Shown here in pieces: positions 57,432-64,000 of a stretch of 64,000 nt of DNA (its first letter is position 1; each line of letters starts with the position of its first letter). The notes below the pieces were generated by a model that saw nothing but the letters and a program-made list of their open reading frames with translations, ran no database searches and was not told the DNA's origin. The stretch covers positions 100,801 through 164,800 of the forward strand of contig JAFSOD010000003.1 in NCBI GenBank assembly GCA_017447165.1, given 5' to 3'. This stretch comes from Bacilli bacterium (GTDB lineage: Bacteria > Bacillota_I > Bacilli_A > RFN20 > CAG-826). A program made the translations under genes and the position numbers.

Positions 57432-57450
57432 TCACCAACTTTGTTGGTGA
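57432..57450. promoter_or_regulatory. Perfect 19-bp palindrome TCACCAAC-TTT-GTTGGTGA between divergent fakA and plsX (candidate operator)
   Basis: 8-bp arms with a 3-nt centre, relatively GC-rich for this spacer. It lies 12 nt upstream of the fakA -35 element and about 45 nt upstream of a TATAAT (57497-57502) facing plsX. Confidence 0.4.
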
Positions 57451-57523
57451 GTGATATTAATAACAAAATATTGCGATTGTATCAGTAAATTAAAGATATA
57501 ATATATGCTTGAAGGAACAAAAA

Positions 57524-58495
57524 ATGAAATATATCGTTATTGATACATTAGGAAGTGATCAAGGTCCAAAAACCATATTAGATGGGGTTAAAGAAGTATT
57601 AGACTCAAACTTTGAAATTGGTTTTGTGATTGTTGGTGATCCTAAACTAATAGAAGAATATCAATTTCCAAAAGATAGAATTAAGGTCGTCGAAGCCTAC
57701 GAAACAGTGACCAATATGGATAACCCAGTTGAGGCTTTCTATAAAAAAGACAAAGTCTCCATCTTTTTAGCCTTAAAAGAGGCTAGTGAAAATGAGGATA
57801 CATTAGGAGTTATTTCTAGTGGCTCTACTGGTGCTTTAATGGTGGGTTCAATTAAATACTTATTAGATGATAAAAAAACTAGACCGGCTTTAGCAGCCAT
57901 TCTCCCCACTATAGATAAAGGAGCCTGTACCTGTGTCGTAGATACTGGTGCCTCAATCGACGTTGGTCCACATCAACTTGTAGAATTTGCTCATTTAGGA
58001 AGTGATTTTATGAGAAAACTCTATAAAATAGAGTCTCCTAAAGTTGGGCTATTATCTGTAGGCTCTGAACCTACTAAAGGAAATAAGCTAGTTAAAGAAA
58101 CTTATCCACTTTTAGAACAAGAAGAAGGTATCAACTTTGTTGGTAATATTGAAGGTAGTAAGGCTCTTGACCATTTATGTGACGTACTAGTTTGTGATGG
58201 CTTTGCTGGAAATCAAGTTTTAAAAGTTACTCAGGGAGTAGCGTCAAACTTAATTAAAGAAATGGTTAAATATGGCTACACTTCTGGTAAGGTTGATGAG
58301 GCGAAAGCTTTAGCGGGTCACCTTATGAGTTTATATGACTTTGAATCAAGTGGGGCGGCTATCATGCTTGGCGTAAAAAAGACAGTGTTAAAATGCCGTG
58401 GATCAAGCGGGGCGAAAGCTATCATTGCTGCCAGTAAAATATTAATAAATCTAAACGATAATCGAACCTACTTCGAAACGGTATTTGACGATTAA
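57524..58495 (+). CDS. plsX: Phosphate acyltransferase PlsX
   Basis: MKYIVIDTLGSDQGP N-terminus and GNIEG motif. The ATG at 57524 has GAAGGA upstream. The ORF-track start at 57509 is a TTG. Confidence 0.92.
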   Translation: MKYIVIDTLGSDQGPKTILDGVKEVLDSNFEIGFVIVGDPKLIEEYQFPKDRIKVVEAYETVTNMDNPVEAFYKKDKVSIFLALKEASENEDTLGVISSGSTGALMVGSIKYLLDDKKTRPALAAILPTIDKGACTCVVDTGASIDVGPHQLVEFAHLGSDFMRKLYKIESPKVGLLSVGSEPTKGNKLVKETYPLLEQEEGINFVGNIEGSKALDHLCDVLVCDGFAGNQVLKVTQGVASNLIKEMVKYGYTSGKVDEAKALAGHLMSLYDFESSGAAIMLGVKKTVLKCRGSSGAKAIIAASKILINLNDNRTYFETVFDD

Positions 58496-58523
58496 AAAAA
58501 TCTTGCCTATAGGCAAGTTTTTT
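58494..58523. terminator. Bidirectional terminator between plsX and the antiporter gene
   Basis: AAAAAAA-T-CTTGCC - tata - GGCAAG - TTTTTT. Confidence 0.75.
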
Positions 58524-59793
58524 ATTTATCAATTTCGCCAGCTTTTTTAAAGGCAAATTTTGCACAAGCTGGACCAATTAATTCATATACCAATGTTGAA
58601 GTTAGAATAATCGCCATAATTAAAGCGCCAGTCTCGTCTTTAAATAAATTACTAGCGGTAGAAGCTAGTCCAATTGCTACACCAGCTTGAGGGACTAAAG
58701 CAAAACCTAAATATTTTTGGACACTTTCTTCGGCATTAGAGACTTTCGCGCCAATTCGAGCACCACAATATTTGCCAACCACTCTAAAGACAATATATAT
58801 TGCTGCGATAATCACCACTAACAAACCTGTACCACTAAAGAAAATGGTGAGGTCAAGTGAAGCACCGGAAATCACAAAGAATAATAAGTAAATTGGTGGA
58901 GTGAATCTATCTAAAACATCTAAAGTTGGTCCACTATTCTTAAATAAATTCGTATATAAAGCACCAGCCATCATACACATTAATAAGGAAGATAATTCAA
59001 ATCCACCCATATAATCCGCTCTAAAGAGGAAATATAATCCACAGCAAGAGAAGATAGCAAATATCGCTAAAATCACTCTGTTATTGCGCGATTTGAAAAT
59101 TTTATTAAGCATGGAAATAATAAAGCCAAACGCTGCGCCAATACCAAGTGAGATTAAAATCTCAATAATTGGTTTAAAGATCATTTTATAAATATCAAAG
59201 CTACCACCAATAGATAAAGCAGACGCAATTTGGAATAAAATAGCAAATAAAATTAAAGCTACTGCGTCATCAAGAGCCACTACTGGAAGTAAAGTATTCA
59301 CAAGTGGTCCTTTAGCGTTATATTGCTTAATAACCATTAAAGTCGCGGCTGGAGCGGTCGCACTAGCAATCGCACCAAGAACAAGCACTAACTGCAAACT
59401 TATTTTATCTGGAACGATAAAGTGAGCAATCATTAAAGTGACAATTACAAAAACAGACGCTAATAAAGCTTCTAATACTGTAATCACTAATACTTTCTTA
59501 CCAACTGCTTTTAATGCTGAAGCTTTAAAAGAAGAACCAATAGAAAAAGCAATAAAACCTAATGCAATTGTGGATACCCATTTGATTTTATCAACAAAGC
59601 CGTAAATAACAGATTCTTTAATTCCGTCATAAGAAAAGTTATTAAAGAACAAACCAAAGATAAATGGACCCATAATAATGCCGGTAATTATATAACCAGT
59701 AACATTAGGGAGTTTTAAAAGTTTCATTAATCTCGTGGAGAGTAATGCCGCAATCAAAAGAATTCCGATATATAGGAAAATGTGAAAGTCCAT
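58522..59793 (-). CDS. Cation:proton antiporter (CPA2 / Kef-NapA type)
   Basis: 423 aa, about 12 TM segments, typical N-terminus LLSTRLMKLLKLPNVTGYIITGIIMGP. Confidence 0.85.
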   Translation of the reverse strand: MDFHIFLYIGILLIAALLSTRLMKLLKLPNVTGYIITGIIMGPFIFGLFFNNFSYDGIKESVIYGFVDKIKWVSTIALGFIAFSIGSSFKASALKAVGKKVLVITVLEALLASVFVIVTLMIAHFIVPDKISLQLVLVLGAIASATAPAATLMVIKQYNAKGPLVNTLLPVVALDDAVALILFAILFQIASALSIGGSFDIYKMIFKPIIEILISLGIGAAFGFIISMLNKIFKSRNNRVILAIFAIFSCCGLYFLFRADYMGGFELSSLLMCMMAGALYTNLFKNSGPTLDVLDRFTPPIYLLFFVISGASLDLTIFFSGTGLLVVIIAAIYIVFRVVGKYCGARIGAKVSNAEESVQKYLGFALVPQAGVAIGLASTASNLFKDETGALIMAIILTSTLVYELIGPACAKFAFKKAGEIDK

Positions 59794-59800
59794 ATTCTAA

Positions 59801-60127
59801 TTAAATCGACCCTTCGTAATTATCAACACCTTGGGAATACATAAATCCCTTAATGTCTTTAAAGTTGTTTGTGAACTCTTTTATCACCTTAATAATAACA
59901 GGTAGTTTTTCTTCATCTACGATGAATAAACATAAAGAAGAGGTTGTCACTTCTTGCTCTAGATGTCTTAAGCCAAAGAAATGATGATCTTCTGGCGATT
60001 CATCTAAAGCGTGTCTAAGAGATTCAGTAGACACTACTGTCGCGTTAAATCCTTCTTTTTTAAGCTCCTCTAAAGTTTCAATCGCTTTTGGGGAATTTTC
60101 TAATACTAAATACAAAACCTTTTTCAT
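59801..60127 (-). CDS. Small soluble protein of unknown function, upstream of and probably co-transcribed with the antiporter gene
   Basis: 108 aa with an alpha/beta-looking sequence. 7-nt gap to the antiporter start. I recognise no family. Confidence 0.6.
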   Translation of the reverse strand: MKKVLYLVLENSPKAIETLEELKKEGFNATVVSTESLRHALDESPEDHHFFGLRHLEQEVTTSSLCLFIVDEEKLPVIIKVIKEFTNNFKDIKGFMYSQGVDNYEGSI

Positions 60128-60145
60128 ATCTATTTCTTCTTTCGC

Positions 60146-60589
60146 TTATATATTTAACAACTCATCTAACTTGTTCACAAGATATAAGTATCTTTCTTTT
60201 TTATGGGTCACAGATAATAAGGCATCCCTTTCTTGTGGATAATCCAAAGAATAATTTAATTTCATATCCCCAAATTGTTCGCTAGTTAAGTCAAATATAA
60301 CATCACCAACTTTAGAGAAACAATGGACGTTTCCATCAACATATACTCCATATATTTCTCCTCCAAAGATGTCCTGGACGAGTAGGCATGTAATTGTGCA
60401 CGCTCCACATGTCTTATTAGAAGTAGACCACTCGTTTCTAAGTCTTGGGGTACAAGTATATTCACACCAGATTTGACTTAGCAAGTCATATAGATGTCTT
60501 TGGTCTTTTATAGCTTTATATTTTGGATTAATTGGAGCAACACTTTTAGAGTCACTACCATAGAATTTATAGTCCATATTATTTATCAA
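60146..60589 (-). CDS. Hypothetical protein, possibly YunG-like
   Basis: 147 aa. The W...NKTCGACTITCLLVQDIFGGEI segment resembles my recollection of the YunG family. Low certainty. Confidence 0.5.
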   Translation of the reverse strand: MINNMDYKFYGSDSKSVAPINPKYKAIKDQRHLYDLLSQIWCEYTCTPRLRNEWSTSNKTCGACTITCLLVQDIFGGEIYGVYVDGNVHCFSKVGDVIFDLTSEQFGDMKLNYSLDYPQERDALLSVTHKKERYLYLVNKLDELLNI

Positions 60590-61106
60590 ATAAGTGAGAA
60601 ATCATCTTTAAATATTTCTCGTGTCTTTTCTTTTTAAACGCTCTAAAGGTTAAAGCCTCTCTAGTCGCAATGTGGTTATCCATTCTGTTCACCAATTTAG
60701 CTTCTTTGGTTTTTGGATATAAGTGTGGAGTTAATGGCCACATATGACTTTTAATGATATCCTGCACTTCTTTAGGAATATTAAAATCCCTCACCGCATT
60801 CTCACACGCTACCAAAGGATGTCTTCTGCCGTGCTTCTTTTTAAGTTCATGGTGTTCTCTCCAATCATAGAGATAATAATCATGTAATATCGCGGCCACT
60901 AAGACATCTTTAAGATTTTGCATATTGTATCTTTTATATCTAGCGGCTTTTAAAATGCAGAGTTTAGCCACTCTAAAAGAATGAATATAACAGCTTGATC
61001 CACGATGCATTTGAATTTCTTCCATTCTCATGACTTTTTCATCGTGTAAGAAGCGTTGATAAATGTCTTCTAATTCAGCTTTTTGTTCTCTTGTTAATTC
61101 TCGCAT
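60579..61106 (-). CDS. HD-domain phosphohydrolase
   Basis: H...HD signature (IHSFRV ... AAILHDYYLYDW), 175 aa. Confidence 0.75.
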   Translation of the reverse strand: MRELTREQKAELEDIYQRFLHDEKVMRMEEIQMHRGSSCYIHSFRVAKLCILKAARYKRYNMQNLKDVLVAAILHDYYLYDWREHHELKKKHGRRHPLVACENAVRDFNIPKEVQDIIKSHMWPLTPHLYPKTKEAKLVNRMDNHIATREALTFRAFKKKRHEKYLKMISHLFDK

Positions 61107-61192
61107 GCTCTAATTATGAGCATAAAAGAAAAAATATTCTATTTATTTCTAATATTTTTTAGCGCATTATAATGTTTGAGTAGGTAATAACT

Positions 61193-61498
61193 ATGGCAAG
61201 TAATAAAGATAATTTTAAAGAAACCGGTAAAGATATCGGTAATGCATTCAAGAATTTCGGTAAGGCAATGGGCACCACTATGAAGGTAGCCTTTGGTAAT
61301 GAAGATAACTCTAATGGAGAAGGCAAAAAAACCAAAACTGGAGAAGCTTGGACTGAGGTAGGACACGGCTTTGCGGAAGCTGGCAAACAAATTGGCAGAA
61401 CCGCTAAAGGCGTTGTTGATAACCTTGACGCAAAAGAAAAAGAAAAGGAAAGCAAAAAAGAAGACGTCATAGACGTTGAATTTGAAGAAAAGAAATAA
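61193..61498 (+). CDS. Small hydrophilic Gly/Lys-rich protein (stress-protein-like), function unknown
   Basis: 101 aa. The plus-strand frame is compositionally protein-like (KDIGNAFKNFGKAMG, GHGFAEAGKQIGRTAKG). The two overlapping minus-strand ORFs look like antisense artefacts. Confidence 0.55.
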   Translation: MASNKDNFKETGKDIGNAFKNFGKAMGTTMKVAFGNEDNSNGEGKKTKTGEAWTEVGHGFAEAGKQIGRTAKGVVDNLDAKEKEKESKKEDVIDVEFEEKK

Positions 61499-61566
61499 TT
61501 TGATTATTTCTATATTTGATGAAATAATTCAGTATTTGTAGTACAATAATTAATTGAGGTAGTCAT

Positions 61567-62307
61567 ATGAAATATATTACTTTTGATCAAAAGTTAGTTG
61601 AAGAAGCTATAAAGTGGCAACCTGGTGGCTGGCCACTTGGTAATTTATTATTAAGTTTAGCCGCTTTAGTACTCTGTGTTCTCCTTGTCGGTATCGTTGG
61701 TATTGAAAGAGAAAGAAAAGGCAGAAGCGCTGGGCTTAGAACCCACTTGCTAGTTGGTATCGGATCCACGATCGTCATGATTATCTCTATATATGGATTC
61801 CCAATTACAGACTATAGTAGAGATGTCGCTAGATTAGCTGCTCAAGTGATTACCGGTGTTGGTTTCTTAGGCGCAGGTGCAATTATGCATCGTAGTAGCG
61901 GAATTAAAGGATTAACTACTGCTGGTACTATCTGGGTATCAATGGCCATCGGTATTGCTTGTGGTTCATTCAATTTCATTCTTGCAACTGCAGGCACATT
62001 ACTCATCTTCTTAGTGTTAACACTATTTCGAAAAGTTGAAGTTAAAATCTCTAAAAATAATCCAACCATGGTTGTTGTTGTTCCTGCTGGAGAAGCGGTA
62101 TTAGGAAAACTTCATAGTATTTGTCATGAATTCGATGCTTCCTTACATTCAATGAGTTCAAACATTAGTGAAGTTGACGGCAAAAATTGTGTTGAAATCG
62201 TCTTTCAAATATTATTTGAATCGGGTGGAGAAAGAAGCGAAGAATTCCTTACTAGAGTGGAACAAGAAATTAAACCAATCAGTGTCCACTACTTAAATAG
62301 AAAATAA
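61567..62307 (+). CDS. mgtC: MgtC/SapB family membrane protein
   Basis: GIERERKGRSAGLRTH and AAQVITGVGFLGAG motifs, with a C-terminal soluble ACT-like domain. Confidence 0.88.
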   Translation: MKYITFDQKLVEEAIKWQPGGWPLGNLLLSLAALVLCVLLVGIVGIERERKGRSAGLRTHLLVGIGSTIVMIISIYGFPITDYSRDVARLAAQVITGVGFLGAGAIMHRSSGIKGLTTAGTIWVSMAIGIACGSFNFILATAGTLLIFLVLTLFRKVEVKISKNNPTMVVVVPAGEAVLGKLHSICHEFDASLHSMSSNISEVDGKNCVEIVFQILFESGGERSEEFLTRVEQEIKPISVHYLNRK

Positions 62308-62320
62308 GCTTGGCTTAATC

Positions 62321-62348
62321 AAAAAGAACGGTTTAACCGTTCTTTTTT
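62321..62348. terminator. Bidirectional terminator
   Basis: AAAAA-GAACGG - tttaa - CCGTTC - TTTTTT. Confidence 0.75.
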
Positions 62349-62493
62349 AGTGAAACAAAGACTTTAACTCCTCATTTGGCTTCGGAGGATTGTTAAGCGT
62401 TTCGATGAAAAGATCTCTTTGTGCATTATTTAACACAATTACTTCTTTGTTCTTTGCTTTTCTTTGCTTCGCCTTATTAGATTTAGCGTTCAT
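62347..62493 (-). CDS. 48-aa ORF resembling only the C-terminal part of a DUF1778 (TacA-type) antitoxin
   Basis: AGGAGG lies 8 nt upstream of ATG 62493. The product is MNAKSNKAKQRKAKNKEVIVLNNAQRDLFIETLNNPPKPNEELKSLFH. The L..(R)D.F...L.NPP.PNE.LK pattern is the DUF1778 C-terminal signature as I recall it. No GNAT toxin gene is adjacent. Confidence 0.45.
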   Translation of the reverse strand: MNAKSNKAKQRKAKNKEVIVLNNAQRDLFIETLNNPPKPNEELKSLFH

Positions 62494-62634
62494 AGCAATT
62501 TCCTCCTTCTAGAAAGATAACATTTATATGCGCATTAAAGAAGTAGTAAGTTAATCAAAATAAAAAATAGTTTTTCAAAATAATCATATTTGCTAAAATA
62601 GTAATAAGAAAGGATTGACTGCATCTATATAAAG

Positions 62635-62826
62635 ATGACGGTCTACATAAGAAATATGTCAACAGTTGAACAAATCAAAGCCGCATACGAAGCTTTTATG
62701 GAAGAAAACGCAAAATTCGTCGAAAAGGGAAATAAAGCCGCTGCCGGTAGAGCCAGAAAAGCTTTAATGGAACTCGCTAAATTAGCCAAAGTTCGTAGAG
62801 CAGAAATTCTCGAAGAAAAGAAATAA
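62635..62826 (+). CDS. Hc1-type histone H1-like small basic protein
   Basis: EKGNKAAAGRARKALMELAKLAKVRRAEI resembles the KGNKAAAQR.R core of chlamydial Hc1-family proteins. Starts at 62635 or 62656. Confidence 0.6.
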   Translation: MTVYIRNMSTVEQIKAAYEAFMEENAKFVEKGNKAAAGRARKALMELAKLAKVRRAEILEEKK

Positions 62827-62844
62827 TTAAACAGGTTTAAAACA

Positions 62845-62874
62845 AAAACCATTCACCGCTTGATGAATGGTTTT
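62845..62874. terminator. Bidirectional terminator
   Basis: AAAACCATTCA - ccgcttga - TGAATGGTTTT. Confidence 0.75.
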
Positions 62875-62877
62875 TTG

Positions 62878-63579
62878 TTATTCTTCGCTTTCCTTTATTT
62901 TTGGCGCTTCTGGAGCGAGTTTGTGACTGACTCCGATAAATAACGTATAAACACAAGAAACTAAGATTATAGAGGCGATTATATCGCTTAACCAGTGTTT
63001 AGCAGACATTGTTCTAGTAAAGACTAATAAAACACAGATAACTCCAGTAGCGATAAACACTAACGGTTTGATCCACTCTTTCTCTGGCTTTAAGAGTTTC
63101 ATCGCGGTGAATGTATTAATTAAATAGAACATACAGCCGATAAAGACATGACTAGATGGATAACTTGGTTTGAGTTTATCCGCTAAAGAATCTGGAGAAT
63201 AGTTCACTTTCACAATTTCAAAGATGACATATAAGGCAGCAACAAGAACGTATCCGCCTAAAGCGACATAATAGTTCATATTAAGCTTTTTAAATGACTT
63301 TTTCTTAATAAGTTCAATAATCGCAAAGATAAACAAGATAAGAATGTACCCAAAGGATAAATAAAGAATAATATCACTCATCTTACCCATAGGCTCATAT
63401 TTACCGAAGTTAGTTACTAATTCACCGAACTTAGAGTTCATGGAATAAAAACCAACATAAGTGTTGTTATAATAATAATGAACATCCACAGTCTTCACTA
63501 AAATCGTGAAAATGATAAACACTAAGAGCAATGAGGCTGAGGCAATGAAGTATCCGTATTTTTTCATAAACGACATCAT
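62878..63579 (-). CDS. PAP2 superfamily phosphatase (membrane)
   Basis: KLKPSYPSSH and SAKHWLSD motifs (KX6RP-like / PSGH / SRX5HX3D pattern), about 6 TM segments. Confidence 0.8.
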   Translation of the reverse strand: MMSFMKKYGYFIASASLLLVFIIFTILVKTVDVHYYYNNTYVGFYSMNSKFGELVTNFGKYEPMGKMSDIILYLSFGYILILFIFAIIELIKKKSFKKLNMNYYVALGGYVLVAALYVIFEIVKVNYSPDSLADKLKPSYPSSHVFIGCMFYLINTFTAMKLLKPEKEWIKPLVFIATGVICVLLVFTRTMSAKHWLSDIIASIILVSCVYTLFIGVSHKLAPEAPKIKESEE

Positions 63580-63648
63580 AATAAAACCCTAATATCCTTA
63601 GATATGTTATCACATCCTTAACATAGATATTAGGGTTATTTTTAGAAA

Positions 63649-64000
63649 TTACTTGTAGTACTCAGTTCTTGTTGTGTAAGTAGCTGGGTTATTTGGATTG
63701 TTGTAGTAAGCGTTTGCGATTGCGTGAGTTGTAATATCCGCGAATCCTTCACTTGCTTTAGCATTCCATCTAGTTAACGCTTGAGCTTGTGGGACTACAG
63801 CTTCCTTAACAGCAGCATCTAAGGTGATGTTGATGTTGAAGATAGTCGCAAAATTAATTCTCATTGTCGCGTGTAAGCTACCGATAACATCCATACCTTC
63901 GGAACTACCTTGGTAGTCGATGTGTTGAGAAGTAATTGTGGCTTCCACTTCTTTTAAAGCGTTGATACCAGTTAATTCATTGAGGTTTAAACCAACCTTA
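63649..64000 (-). CDS. C-terminal part of a protein of unknown function (the frame stays open to the window edge)
   Basis: The ORF-track start at 63948 is a GTG. The same frame continues without a stop to nt 64000 (..KVGLNLNELTGINALKE-VEATITSQ..), so the gene is probably 5-prime truncated by the window. Confidence 0.5.
   Translation of the reverse strand, partial: KVGLNLNELTGINALKEVEATITSQHIDYQGSSEGMDVIGSLHATMRINFATIFNINITLDAAVKEAVVPQAQALTRWNAKASEGFADITTHAIANAYYNNPNNPATYTTRTEYYK

Noticed and set aside
61139-61470. Two minus-strand ORFs (83 and 103 aa) overlapping the 61193-61498 plus-strand ORF.
   Set aside because: Their products are Ser/Leu/Phe-rich, as is typical of antisense translation of a Lys/Glu/Gly-rich gene. 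Local gene polarity switches at 61106/61193, which favours the plus strand. This call is not certain.
1-64000. The remaining short antisense or overlapping ORFs in the six-frame track, for example 1766-1987, 2577-2804, 2933-3151, 4341-4943, 5985-6803, 9358-9619, 10748-10933, 12166-12387, 14433-15037, 16758-18097, 18253-18465, 22552-22830, 23811-24041, 24551-24775, 26590-26790, 29502-30629, 31346-32672, 32844-33197, 34518-35549, 36126-38135, 40418-40660, 42785-42991, 43690-43944, 45422-45622, 46114-46974, 48725-49398, 51710-52015, 53340-53856, 54899-55084, 55566-55790, 56332-56535, 60088-60285, 61587-62069.
   Set aside because: Each lies wholly within, or mostly overlaps, a longer ORF on another frame or strand that has clear family motifs. 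None has a convincing SD, and their compositions are typical of off-frame translation.
1-64000. Prophage, IS element, integron or conjugative element.
   Set aside because: No integrase, transposase, recombinase, relaxase or phage structural gene is recognisable in any frame. The accessory segments are small (1.5-6 kb) and lack mobility genes.

Overview
This is a 64-kb chromosomal window. It is AT-rich (about one third G+C by eye) and uses the standard genetic code: TGA serves as a stop, Trp is TGG, and all conserved genes read intact under code 11. Gene content and order fit a low-GC Bacillota / Acholeplasma- or Erysipelotrichia-like genome. There are no FASII genes here, but there is a fatty-acid-scavenging module (fakA-acp-degV / plsX, plsC).

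Most of the window is housekeeping:
- rpsT, holA, greA, ruvX, and alaS with a T-box leader
- mnmA-dtd-pdp, plsC, pullulanase, ftsK, RNase J
- a three-gene glycerol-3-phosphate-dehydrogenase-like cluster
- pnp, and rimP-nusA-ylxR-infB-rbfA / truB-ribF / rpsO
- a flavodoxin, flavodiiron protein and rubredoxin operon; MgtC; PAP2

I see no rRNA or tRNA genes, CRISPR array, transposase, integrase or prophage.

I did not find a clear new multi-gene system. These are the points most worth follow-up:
1. A family of about 49-bp palindromic repeat units. Two 112-bp paired copies exactly bracket an AAA/DUF234-type ATPase gene. A fifth unit closes a 6.2-kb accessory segment (6999-13237) that also carries a mosaic collagen-like/GLUG lipoprotein and a relic of an LRR surface-protein gene.
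2. A DUF1016 nuclease gene plus an orphan DinJ antitoxin inserted inside the conserved rbfA/truB junction.
3. Several decayed or truncated genes not in the ORF track: a comEC relic, a frameshifted yafQ toxin, a frameshifted and nonsense-mutated small gene, and a DUF1778-like mini-ORF. A 51-aa rubredoxin gene is also missing from the ORF track.
4. Candidate palindromic operators at the oxidative-stress operon and at the plsX/fakA divergent region.

Both frameshifts sit in poly-A runs, so they could be assembly errors. All family assignments come from motif recognition by eye, not from database searches.
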